Below, piece by piece: positions 26,852 through 36,051 of a DNA stretch of 64,000 bases. Location of the stretch: NCBI GenBank assembly GCA_964291315.2, contig OZ219753.1, forward strand, positions 2,528,001 through 2,592,000. The letters run 5' to 3'. Within the stretch, counting starts at the first letter, position 1. Each line of letters starts with the position of its first letter. The notes under the pieces are model-generated. The model had not been told where the DNA came from and searched no databases. It saw nothing but the letters and a program-made list of their open reading frames with translations. Both the position numbers and the translations under genes were made by a program. Source of the DNA: Candidatus Poribacteria bacterium. GTDB taxonomy: Bacteria; Poribacteria; WGA-4E; WGA-3G.

Positions 26852-29560
26852 TCATGGGGCTACAGGCTTCACACACCGAAAACCGAATACAGTGGCACCA
26901 CCCCAAGTCGAATATCCATACCGACTAGTGACCGAGAAGCCTCGATAGGACCAGTCGCCACCGCGAACGACACGGTTTTGGGGCTGTCCATACTTATTCG
27001 AGGGCGAGAAAATATCCAGGTTCGCGTTATAGTTATCTAACAAGTCTTGGATACTGGTTGCAATCGACAACGACACCGGATTGTGGGTTGGGGATTTTGC
27101 GTAGTAGTCAGCATCATACGCATCGAGACACCACTCCGCTACATTCCCGACCATATCATAGAGGCCGTACCCGTTCGGCGGATAACTACCGACTGCCGTC
27201 GAACCACGGGGGTTATTATAGTTCGCCTTGGTTTTATCTAGGGTGTCTCCCCAGGGATATCGCTTGCCGGCTAAGCCGCCGCGTGCGGCATACTCCCACT
27301 CTGCTTCGGTTGGCAGTCGCTTTCCTGCCCATCTAGCATATGCCATCGCACCCCGCCATCTTACAGAAATGACAGGATGATTCTCATAGCCTGCCCGTGG
27401 GCGATACACACCGTCTACTAAGTTAATGGTTGTATAAGCACCACCATTAATATCCACCCACCGCCACCAGCCATTTATATGTTTGCCCATTGCGTTGAGA
27501 AATGCCGCGTATTCAGTGTTTGTTACTTCGTGTGTATCCATGTAAAATGCGTCTAAAGTGACAGTGTGAACAGGGCGTTCATCGGTATCACCCGTGTTGC
27601 TGCCCATTTGGAAGGTGCCCGCGGGGATCAACGCCATGCCCGCAGGAGCATCGCTTTGATCAGGCACCGGAGTGGTATCCGGGTTTCCACTCGTGATATC
27701 CGGGGTCTCTGAACCGCGGGTTGTCGTAAATGAGGCAGTGGACACCGACTTCACACATCGAAAACCGAGATCGTTGCCCGTGCTCATCGGGAAACTATAG
27801 TCACGATTCGACACGCGAACAACCGAGGCTGAATAGAACCAAGAGCCGCCACGCAACACACGCTGCGAATCAACGGTTGTATAGGTGTCTATTACGGTGC
27901 TGTCGCCTGACAACGGGTTCTGCGCGGGAGAGGTGTCATAGAAGTTGTCGAGATACGTATCGAGACACCACTCAAATACGTTTCCTGCCATATCGTAGAG
28001 ACCATAGCCGTTCGCAGCGTATGCCCCGCCTGCGGTTGTGTCCGCGATATTCCATCCGTAGTTCGCCTGGGTCGTGTCTATGGTATCGCCCCAGGGATAT
28101 TGCTTGCCGGCTAAGCCGCCGCGTGCGGCGTATTCCCACTCGGCCTCGGTGGGGAGTCGTTTGCCTGCCCATGCGGCGTATGCCATGGCGCCATACCAAG
28201 TGACGCGAACGACAGGATGATTCTCATAGCCTGCCTTGACACTATATCTTCCGTCTATCCGTTCTATGCGGGCATCACTGCTACCGAGAGCCAACCACTT
28301 ATGGTCTGCGTCGGCGTGTTTGCCTTTTGCGTTGAGAAATGCGGCGTATTCTGCGTTCGTCACTTCATGTGTGTCCATATAAAACGCATCTAAAGACACT
28401 GCGTGAACGGGGCGTTCATCGGCATCGCCGGTGGTGCTGCCCATTTGGAAGGTGCCCGCGGGGATCAACACCATCCCCGCAGGAGCTGGCGGGTTTACCG
28501 GAGGCGTTGGCGTTTCAGGTGGCAGTGGAGTGCCATCGTCACCCGCATTCCCTTTACCATCATCACTGTCATCTATAGGAGCTACCGGCACCCAATCAGC
28601 AGTCACCGTCACGTCAGAACCGCTCTCATATACCATAAACCCATCTGACTGCACTAAATTCGAACGATCCGAGTAACTCAGACCCGACTGCTCTACTGTC
28701 GCAGAAACCTGATCCGAGACCAGTCGAAACGAACGACGCGGATGCAACCAGAACCCAAACGTCTCCGAACTCGCCTCCGGTTTTAACGCTCCCGCAGCAT
28801 TGGCAATCCGGAAATAAATCTCGTTATCCGCCCAGGCATGAAATACGCGCCCCTTCCCAGGACGAATGCGATACGTGCCGCGCGTCCGAAAACCCTCCGG
28901 ATAACCTTTCTTCGAGTTCTCCAGCTTCCACGTCGCGTAGACTACATATAGATCGGCTTCCGTGGCATTTGTTATCACGCTCGCTACCCACGCAGGCGGA
29001 GCAACATCTTCACCAGGCCGACCACCATCGTCTCCGAGTTCGTCATTCGGCGGAGCAGTCGGCTGCCCATCTAGCGACACCCACTCCGGAGTGACAACCA
29101 CTGCGGAGCCACCCGTATAGCTGACAAATCCCTCTAATTGAACCAACTGATTGTTCGGACGATCCGAGTAAAGCAGCTGATCTGTCGTCACAGAGGTATC
29201 GAGCGTCTGTGAGACGACGCGGAAGGAGCGCTTCGGATGAGACCAGAACGCAGAAGCCGTCGTGCCGCTATTCGCTTTTATCGCACCATCTGCGTTTGAA
29301 ATACGGAAATAGATGTTGTTAGTGTCCCAGGAATAGAACACTCTGGACTTCCCAGGATCAAGCCGGTAGGAGCCGCGCGTCCAGAACCCTGCGGGGATGC
29401 CTTTGTTGCTATTCGCTGCCTGCCACGTGCTCTTGATCACATAGATCTCTTCAAGCGTGTTATTGGTTACCATGTTCTCTTGCCATTCTGCAGCCGCGAA
29501 CGGAACGCTCACAAATATGAGCGCAGCAAAAATGGATAGAGCCACTATTGTTTTTTGCAT
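26852..29560 (-). CDS. Secreted protein with two ~135-aa N-terminal repeats (DUF1036-like) and two FGE-sulfatase (SUMF1, C-type lectin fold) domains
   Basis: Signal peptide; duplicated N.T...YV..TW...KG.P.GF.TRG.YR..PGK.RVF.W; two copies of MxLIPAGTFQMGS...RLPTEAEWEYAARGG...NGYGLYDM.GNV.EW...RGG.W...GFRCV. Confidence 0.92.
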   Translation of the reverse strand: MQKTIVALSIFAALIFVSVPFAAAEWQENMVTNNTLEEIYVIKSTWQAANSNKGIPAGFWTRGSYRLDPGKSRVFYSWDTNNIYFRISNADGAIKANSGTTASAFWSHPKRSFRVVSQTLDTSVTTDQLLYSDRPNNQLVQLEGFVSYTGGSAVVVTPEWVSLDGQPTAPPNDELGDDGGRPGEDVAPPAWVASVITNATEADLYVVYATWKLENSKKGYPEGFRTRGTYRIRPGKGRVFHAWADNEIYFRIANAAGALKPEASSETFGFWLHPRRSFRLVSDQVSATVEQSGLSYSDRSNLVQSDGFMVYESGSDVTVTADWVPVAPIDDSDDGKGNAGDDGTPLPPETPTPPVNPPAPAGMVLIPAGTFQMGSTTGDADERPVHAVSLDAFYMDTHEVTNAEYAAFLNAKGKHADADHKWLALGSSDARIERIDGRYSVKAGYENHPVVRVTWYGAMAYAAWAGKRLPTEAEWEYAARGGLAGKQYPWGDTIDTTQANYGWNIADTTAGGAYAANGYGLYDMAGNVFEWCLDTYLDNFYDTSPAQNPLSGDSTVIDTYTTVDSQRVLRGGSWFYSASVVRVSNRDYSFPMSTGNDLGFRCVKSVSTASFTTTRGSETPDITSGNPDTTPVPDQSDAPAGMALIPAGTFQMGSNTGDTDERPVHTVTLDAFYMDTHEVTNTEYAAFLNAMGKHINGWWRWVDINGGAYTTINLVDGVYRPRAGYENHPVISVRWRGAMAYARWAGKRLPTEAEWEYAARGGLAGKRYPWGDTLDKTKANYNNPRGSTAVGSYPPNGYGLYDMVGNVAEWCLDAYDADYYAKSPTHNPVSLSIATSIQDLLDNYNANLDIFSPSNKYGQPQNRVVRGGDWSYRGFSVTSRYGYSTWGGATVFGFRCVKPVAP

Positions 29561-29615
29561 GTTGTCTCTCCTTTTATCTGTGAAGATACACAGAAGTGTA
29601 TGTTTTTATTTATAC

Positions 29616-29775
29616 TTAACGTGGGTTTGATAAATAAGCCACTGTTTTCTTTGTCCAAACAGAACCTTTTATTATCCACTGTAAGGTTATTATATCTTCA
29701 CTCGAAACAGGGTTTCCGATGCGTATTGTATCGCTTTTCGGCAAAATAGCCAACCGTTTTCTTGTGTCCGACAAA
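29616..29775 (+). mobile_element. IS982-type left-end remnant (IR + leader + first ~19 transposase codons)
   Basis: ttaacgtgggtttgataaata matches the IR at 25807; ATG 29719 gives MRIVSLFGKIANRFL; homologous to 47612-47780. Confidence 0.7.
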
Positions 29776-29895
29776 GTCAGTGATGCTTGCCATAAAATCG
29801 CGAAGAACATGTGCACCGATAATAGCTTCCCCTGTGATAGCCCCGATGTGTTGCCGGATCTGTGTGTTTACCTTCGTACGTAGGGTTCTAATCAC
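29768..29895 (-). pseudogene. Truncated YbjQ/UPF0145 family gene (N-terminal ~40 aa only)
   Basis: QIRQHIGAITGEAIIGAHVLRDFMASITDFVG matches the YbjQ N-terminus, then similarity stops at the IS remnant. Confidence 0.7.
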
Positions 29896-31022
29896 TATTG
29901 TGACTTCCCTCTTGCTGCGATTTCCCATACAGATTCGACAATATCGTTACGGATGCCGTAATACCTGTCATGGAGATTCACCGTTGTACAGCAGTGGGTT
30001 GGTAAAATTTCGAGTTTATCTCCCGGATTGAGACGGATGTCCACATCGGAGATCTGCATCTTTCCGTGCTCTTCAGAGAGCCCTGTCATTTCTAAACCGG
30101 TTACATCAAGAGGTTGTGGAGTACCGAACTCTTTGGTAAGCACCTTCAAACCGGTATCTACTATTATTCGGTTCAGGGCTGGACGGCTCACAACAGTTGC
30201 TAGGACCGACAAGGCACATTCAAAATGCTCTCCGATGCCTTCTACGTTTCGGTAGGTAGAATCCATGAAGACATAGGACCCTGCCTGTATCTCTGTCATT
30301 TCCGGGATGCTACCGGTAATGTTGAAGGTTCCGGTGCCTCCACCGCTCATGATCGGTACCGCCACCCCGTGTTTTTCGAGGTAGCGTTTCGCATCCACCA
30401 AACGTTGCATCGCCTCACGTGCAGCTGTATCCCGTTCTGCTTTGTCAGGTTTAGCAACAGTATGTCCCTCGTACCCCATCAAACCGGCAAATTCCACGTT
30501 TGAACTTTTGTATATCAGGTTTGCCAGTTCCAGTGTAGTTTCCCCGGTTTCAACGCCGCATCGATCCATGCCGATGTTAACTTCCACTAACATCCTGATG
30601 TTCGTACCTTTCGCGGATGCTGCCTCGGAGATGGCTTGCACATTCTGGGCGTTATCGACGGCAACCATAATCTCCGAATGCTTCGCGAGATTAATGAGGC
30701 GGGCAATCTTTTGTGCCCCAACAATTTGGTTGGCGATTAGTACATCTCGGATCCCAGCATGAACCACTGCCTCTGCCTCACCCAACTTTGCGCACGTAAC
30801 GCCCAGGGCACCCGCCGCGATCTGTTTATGTGCGATAATCGGTGTTTTGTGGGTTTTCACATGCGGTCTCAACATTGTGTTCACTGTGGAAAAATAAGCT
30901 GCCATTGTCTGTATATTGGCTTCCATCTTGTCCAAATCAATGAGTAAGGCTGGCGTATCCAATTCCATTTTGTGCATACCGATAAAAGGTTCGCTACCGT
31001 TTATATCCTGATAGATATTCAT
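29895..31022 (-). CDS. DSD1 / D-threonine-aldolase-like PLP enzyme (alanine racemase fold)
   Basis: LDTPALLIDL, RPHVKTHK, GMDRCGV, GLMGYEGH, SGGGTGT, SEEHG, HCCTTVNLHD. Confidence 0.92.
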   Translation of the reverse strand: MNIYQDINGSEPFIGMHKMELDTPALLIDLDKMEANIQTMAAYFSTVNTMLRPHVKTHKTPIIAHKQIAAGALGVTCAKLGEAEAVVHAGIRDVLIANQIVGAQKIARLINLAKHSEIMVAVDNAQNVQAISEAASAKGTNIRMLVEVNIGMDRCGVETGETTLELANLIYKSSNVEFAGLMGYEGHTVAKPDKAERDTAAREAMQRLVDAKRYLEKHGVAVPIMSGGGTGTFNITGSIPEMTEIQAGSYVFMDSTYRNVEGIGEHFECALSVLATVVSRPALNRIIVDTGLKVLTKEFGTPQPLDVTGLEMTGLSEEHGKMQISDVDIRLNPGDKLEILPTHCCTTVNLHDRYYGIRNDIVESVWEIAARGKSQ

Positions 31023-31034
31023 TCGAGCTGTCTC

Positions 31035-31988
31035 CTAAAGTTGTTTTACGGGATTTGATAAAGTGCCGAACCCATCAATTTCTATATTAACGACATCCCC
31101 CGCGGCAAGTGGTAAGTCGTTTGGTACGATGATACCGGTACCAGTGGAAACAACGGTGCCGAAAGGAAGCGGATTATCCCGCATCAGGAATTCCGTGAGA
31201 TTCTCAAATCTCCAATTGATTTGGGAGGTATTCACGTTGCCTTCGTAGATAATTTCTTCCTCGCGAAGAACAGTACACCGCATATCCAGATTATAGGGTT
31301 CGTCTACTTCGGATGGGGTGAGAAACATGGGTCCGAGTGCGCAGCATCCGTAGAAGACTTTGGATTGTGGTAAGTAAAGCGGGTTGTCTCGTTCTATATC
31401 CCATGCGGAAACATCATTGCAGAGTGTATATCCGATGATTTCGCCATCGTTACTGAGAACATATGCGAGTTCTGGTTCCGTTGCTGTTAGCTCAGAATCG
31501 CTTCTAATCCCAATAAAGCCGTTGGGCCCAACACAACGCGGAGCGGTTGCCTTGAAGAATATCTCAGGACGCTCAGCGTAGTAGACACGACTGTAAATAT
31601 CTTGTTCACTGTCGTCATCACGCATATCCGCGCTGCGTTTGTAAGTTACGCCACATCCCCAAACTTCAGGCGGGTCAATCGGTGTTAGGAGATGTGGGAC
31701 ATTTTCAGCGGGTGCGACATTTAATTTTTTCAGTGTCAGGCCATCAGATTCAGTGTTCCCATTTTCTGCATCTCGGTGTGCCTGAAGTTGTATCGGAGTC
31801 GGGGTCGCCACTTCCTCTTGGATATCAGCAAGTAAGACACCCAGGCTTACCTGTTCTCGATGAGCGAGTTCCAGTATCTCTAAGACGCCAGGTGATTCTT
31901 CGCTTGTCACGTCAATTACTTCCTCTTCGCGAGTAACTATCCCAACGCGCTTACCTAAGTTCGGTAGATGGAATTGAATGAGTTTCAT
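31035..31988 (-). CDS. Fumarylacetoacetate hydrolase family protein (2-keto-3-deoxy-pentonate dehydratase-like)
   Basis: EVWGCGVTYKRS, RPEIFFKAT, PEL, NDVSAWDIERDNPLYLPQSK, TGTGIIVP. Confidence 0.88.
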   Translation of the reverse strand: MKLIQFHLPNLGKRVGIVTREEEVIDVTSEESPGVLEILELAHREQVSLGVLLADIQEEVATPTPIQLQAHRDAENGNTESDGLTLKKLNVAPAENVPHLLTPIDPPEVWGCGVTYKRSADMRDDDSEQDIYSRVYYAERPEIFFKATAPRCVGPNGFIGIRSDSELTATEPELAYVLSNDGEIIGYTLCNDVSAWDIERDNPLYLPQSKVFYGCCALGPMFLTPSEVDEPYNLDMRCTVLREEEIIYEGNVNTSQINWRFENLTEFLMRDNPLPFGTVVSTGTGIIVPNDLPLAAGDVVNIEIDGFGTLSNPVKQL

Positions 31989-32236
31989 TCTTTTTTCCTT
32001 AAGTATAGTAAGTACATGCTATTAATACCGTATCTGTTTACACGAAAATGTTTACTGAAGTTCAAGTTCAGTCCACGCCCTAGCGTCTTTAGCGACCACT
32101 CCAGGTATATATAATTTGTGAGCGCAGTAGATGCTGTTGTGTAGGGCTTAAACAGAGCTCACACATCTGTTAAAATGTATAGCTGTGCCTACATTTGACC
32201 CTATTTTTTGCTACTGCAACATGTCCCTTTCGTGTC

Positions 32237-32869
32237 CTAATTGTCTGCGGGGACTAAACCTGCTTTGACAAGAGATGCAACGACTACTTGTGCGGCTTCT
32301 TCAATAGAGAGTTCTTCTGTATTTACCGTGACTTCAGGGTCGGCCGGCGGTTCGTAAGGTGCACTAATACCTGTAAACTCTTTAATCTCTCCAGCTCGCG
32401 CTTTTTTGTATAAACCTTTCGTGTCACGTTCTTCACAGATTTTAAGTGGACAGGCAACGAAAACTTCGACAAATCTACCTTCTGCAACGAGTGCTCTTGC
32501 CTTATCTCTATCGGCGCGATAGGGCGAAATGAAAGCTGTCATAACGATAGTACCAGCGTCTGTAAAGAGTTTTGCCACTTCGCCGATACGCCGGATGTTT
32601 TCCTCACGATCCTCGGGCGAGAAGCCTAAGTTCTTGTTCAATCCGTGCCGGACGTTGTCGCCATCTAAAACGTATGTATGGTGGTGCTGTTGGTGCAATA
32701 TGTGTTCGACCGCATTTGCCAAAGTCGACTTACCAGAACCTGAAAGCCCAGTGAACCAGACTACACAACCGCTCTGATTCAGTAATTTTTCTCTATCTTC
32801 TGCCGTGACAGTTGCTTTATGCCACGTTATATTAGTTGCTTTCCGTTGAGCCAATTGACTATTCCTCAC
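32237..32869 (-). CDS. cysC: Adenylyl-sulfate kinase
   Basis: [53 protein letters not shown]. Confidence 0.97.
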   Translation of the reverse strand: MRNSQLAQRKATNITWHKATVTAEDREKLLNQSGCVVWFTGLSGSGKSTLANAVEHILHQQHHHTYVLDGDNVRHGLNKNLGFSPEDREENIRRIGEVAKLFTDAGTIVMTAFISPYRADRDKARALVAEGRFVEVFVACPLKICEERDTKGLYKKARAGEIKEFTGISAPYEPPADPEVTVNTEELSIEEAAQVVVASLVKAGLVPADN

Positions 32870-32935
32870 ATATAAAAATCAAAAAATTGAGGCAGCCCCG
32901 AGGTGCCTCTGTAATCAAAGGGAATTATAGTCACT

Positions 32936-32965
32936 ATTATACGCGCGAATATGCTTTGATGTCAA
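32936..32965 (-). promoter_or_regulatory. Sigma70 promoter of cysC (TTGACA-N18-TATAAT)
   Basis: Both consensus hexamers present on the minus strand. Confidence 0.7.
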
Positions 32966-33133
32966 GAGGAATAGAAGGAAAGAATCTCTCTGAAGGTTGA
33001 GAATCTGTCATATTATGCGGGTTTAGTTCCGTTATAATAAAGATAAAAAATCGCCGGCAAAACTGCTGAGGGTTGCCTCTTTGTTGTCTTAATTTTTTTC
33101 TTTTTGCTAACGAGCCGAAATTTCAAATAGAGC

Positions 33134-34864
33134 CTACCTTATTTGCTCCTCCGTAATAGTAATCACTTGATTTATACGGTTCTCCTTGTCCGAGAAGCCC
33201 AACGTCTGGACATGACCACTTTGCCATTTTATCTTTATAGATTCTATTGTCTTTTCTGAACCGATCCCGAAGTGAAGGCTTTGCTGACTACCAGAGGCGT
33301 AACTTCCGCCACAAGTTGCTTCACGGAATTGCGTTTTCTCCGCTGTGTGTAGCCAGACTTTCGCGCCGATCCCGTCTCTATTGCTTTGAGTTCCCACAAG
33401 TACGATTTTCACCCAATTGTTTTTTCCTGTTGCGGTTTGAGAGTCGTTTCTCAGTAGTGCTGGGCTTTCACCGTTGGATGTAACAAGAACGTCTAGTGCG
33501 CCGTCGTTATTGTAGTCCCCGATAGCTACACCGCGCCCCACAATTGGGCGTTTGAAGAACTGACCTGCTGTGTCGGGTAACGGTCTAAATACTCCCAAGC
33601 CGATATTCTCAAAAATCTGGGATCTCTGCTTGTAGGAAAGCGACTGCGTAATTTCCGATACGTTATCCCAGACGTGCCCATTTGCGACTAGGAGGTCGAG
33701 CATTCCATTGTTGTTTGCATCAAGGAAGGCGGTTCCGAAGCCGAGTTGTGAGAAACTCGGATCGGCAAGCCCCGCTTCAAAAGTGGTCATCGTATAGAAA
33801 TTATCACCGTCGTTGCGAAAGAGGCTGTTAATTTCCAAAGAGAAGTTTGTAATAAAGAGATCAACCGCCTCATCATTATTATAATCACCAGCAGCAATCC
33901 CCATACTAGCGGTCGCTCTACCTTCTGAATTGTAAGCGACGCCAGCTTCAATGGCGACATCTGTAAAGGTGTCGTCTCTGTTATTGCGATAGAGGAAATC
34001 GGGGACAGCATCGTTAGCAACAAAAATATCAAGGTAACCGTCGTTATTGTAGTCCGTGAAGAGTGTTCCTAATCCCTTGCTAATGTTGTGTAGTCCGGCA
34101 TGGGCGGTAATATCTGTAAAAGTACCGTCCCCGTTGTTACGATAAAGCGTGTCACGGCCCCCCGGGTATTCGTGTGGACCACAGTAGATATGCTCGCCGT
34201 CTAGAAAACAGGCGTGGGCAGTTTCAAGTTGGTAATCTAAATAGTTTGCTACATAGAGATCTAAGTATCCGTCAAGGTTGAAATCTCCGAAGGAGGCACT
34301 AATGCTCCAATTGCCATCACCCACATCAGCATGCAGCGTCACATCTGTGAAGGTGCCGTCCCCGTTGTTACGATAGAGCTGGTTCGCACCGAAGTTTGTG
34401 AGATAGAGATCAGTGTCCCCGTCATTGTCGTAATCGGCAGAAATGCAGCCCATACCGTAACCCTGGTCTTGTTGAAGTCCTGCTGCTGCGGTGACATCAA
34501 CAAAAGTACCGTCTCCGTTGTTTCTATAGAGGACGTTCATATCGTCGGGTTGTCTATACTGTTGGTAACGATGTATGAGTGTACCACTGTTAACGAGATA
34601 GATATCGAGATGACTATCATTGTTATAATCGAAGAAGAGGCCACCGGCACCCATCGTCTCGGGAAGGTATTTCTGTTTTGAGGCACCATTGGTGTGTGTG
34701 AAGAGGAGACCTGCTTGCTGCGTCTGCTCTGTGAAGTAAATTCTGGTTTCAGCTGCGGCTGGAAGAATAGAGAAATTGGTGGCAAGTATGAGATAGGTGT
34801 GTAAAAAAAAGATTAGATTAGTGCAGAGCGAGAGACAACAGGGGTACTTCAATTTTTTCTGCAT
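33134..34864 (-). CDS. CRTAC1-family protein (FG-GAP repeats + ASPIC/UnbV)
   Basis: LPETMGAGG..FDY, repeated LYRNNGDGTF.D, SNRDGIGAKV...GGSYAS...LHFG; start uncertain. Confidence 0.9.
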   Translation of the reverse strand: MQKKLKYPCCLSLCTNLIFFLHTYLILATNFSILPAAAETRIYFTEQTQQAGLLFTHTNGASKQKYLPETMGAGGLFFDYNNDSHLDIYLVNSGTLIHRYQQYRQPDDMNVLYRNNGDGTFVDVTAAAGLQQDQGYGMGCISADYDNDGDTDLYLTNFGANQLYRNNGDGTFTDVTLHADVGDGNWSISASFGDFNLDGYLDLYVANYLDYQLETAHACFLDGEHIYCGPHEYPGGRDTLYRNNGDGTFTDITAHAGLHNISKGLGTLFTDYNNDGYLDIFVANDAVPDFLYRNNRDDTFTDVAIEAGVAYNSEGRATASMGIAAGDYNNDEAVDLFITNFSLEINSLFRNDGDNFYTMTTFEAGLADPSFSQLGFGTAFLDANNNGMLDLLVANGHVWDNVSEITQSLSYKQRSQIFENIGLGVFRPLPDTAGQFFKRPIVGRGVAIGDYNNDGALDVLVTSNGESPALLRNDSQTATGKNNWVKIVLVGTQSNRDGIGAKVWLHTAEKTQFREATCGGSYASGSQQSLHFGIGSEKTIESIKIKWQSGHVQTLGFSDKENRINQVITITEEQIR

Positions 34865-34887
34865 ATCCCGCGTTGTAGTAGTAGAGA

Positions 34888-34916
34888 TAAGGGCATCCAG
34901 CGAGTGGATGCCCTTA
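34888..34916. terminator. GC-rich hairpin downstream of the 34950-35654 gene
   Basis: taagggcatcca-gcgag-tggatgccctta. Confidence 0.6.
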
Positions 34917-34949
34917 GGTGAGGCTTTTCTACTTATTAGAATAAGGCTT

Positions 34950-35654
34950 TTAGAAAAGGTTTTTCAGTGATCCCCAGGTAGTTGTGAGTCTATTTTGTGC
35001 TTCAACCGCGGTCTGCGGGTCGGTTTCATTCGGATCGAATGCCACATCGGTTGTCGCGAAGATTTTATCAACATATGTGCCGTCTTCGCGGTGCGCGATA
35101 TAGAAGGTATGGTCCCCATCAGATAACGCCACAGGAACGGGATCGTCGCCGTGCTGGGTCATTTCAAGTCCCTCAAACGGACCGTCGCGTGTATTCAACC
35201 GGAACCAGACCCAATCGGTTGTATAGTTAACGCGGAGTTCTTCTGCTTCAAAGAAATCCCAGATATTCATGGTGGCGTTATTGGTAGAGGCGATATCACC
35301 GTCTGCGGCATCGAGCGCCCAGTAAAGGGAATTATCACTGACTGAGGGAGCAATAATGCGCCCCCAGAAATGCCAATCGTCTGCTGCGACTGAAAATTCA
35401 TATTTTACCCAGTCACCACCGTCGTTAGTAGCTCCATTATGTGAACCGATGTAGGCCCCACCGGATGCTTCTGTGACGGTGTAATCCTCTACACCTTCAG
35501 CAGCGTTACCTGGATGCTCATTTGGAGCTTCAAATATCTCAAATTTCGTACCGTTTGAATCGTTAAAGTTTTCTGCTTCCCAACTGATGTATTTCTGGGC
35601 AAATGCGGGAAGCGCGATAAGGCTTAAAGCTGTTAGTAGAATGAGAGTTCGCAT
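34950..35654 (-). CDS. Secreted acidic beta-rich (CBM-like) protein with conserved C-terminal tail
   Basis: aaggagg RBS; signal peptide; WEAENF...HREDG..VDKI; tail AVEAQNRLTTTWGSLK; start 35654 or 35660. Confidence 0.75.
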   Translation of the reverse strand: MRTLILLTALSLIALPAFAQKYISWEAENFNDSNGTKFEIFEAPNEHPGNAAEGVEDYTVTEASGGAYIGSHNGATNDGGDWVKYEFSVAADDWHFWGRIIAPSVSDNSLYWALDAADGDIASTNNATMNIWDFFEAEELRVNYTTDWVWFRLNTRDGPFEGLEMTQHGDDPVPVALSDGDHTFYIAHREDGTYVDKIFATTDVAFDPNETDPQTAVEAQNRLTTTWGSLKNLF

Positions 35655-35768
35655 TAACAAACCTCCTTAGAAAAGTGGATTAAAGTTATTGTAGCACAAT
35701 TATAAAGAGAAGCACTACTTTTTATTTGTCGGTTTCTCGTCTAGACTATTTACTGCGTTATGCTATTT

Positions 35769-36017
35769 TTAAAGACCCAGCAAAACATCTTCAACAGCTT
35801 CAGGAAGTTCGACCGTACTCGGATCGACATCAATGGCGTATTCAGTACCATAAGCTGCAACGAGATTATCAAAAGTGACGTTGTCTATACGTTCAAGTTC
35901 GTCGCCCGGATAGACAAGCCATACTCCATAGCAGCCGTCACAACTGACCATATCCACATCGTCATTTTCAATTGGGAACTGGGTTAGCGGACTATTACAA
36001 TCAGGACATGGCAACAT
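35769..36017 (-). CDS. Small acidic zinc-ribbon protein
   Basis: CPDC and CDGC pairs; aagga RBS before ATG 36017; directly downstream of moeB. Confidence 0.7.
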   Translation of the reverse strand: MLPCPDCNSPLTQFPIENDDVDMVSCDGCYGVWLVYPGDELERIDNVTFDNLVAAYGTEYAIDVDPSTVELPEAVEDVLLGL

Positions 36018-36051
36018 ATTGGTTTTTCCTTGTAGTTGTCTCAGTTTAATC

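Noticed and set aside
26852-28480. Complete DGR with the two FGE domains as TR/VR
   Set aside because: Differences between the domains are not adenine-restricted, both are coding, and no reverse transcriptase is in the window.
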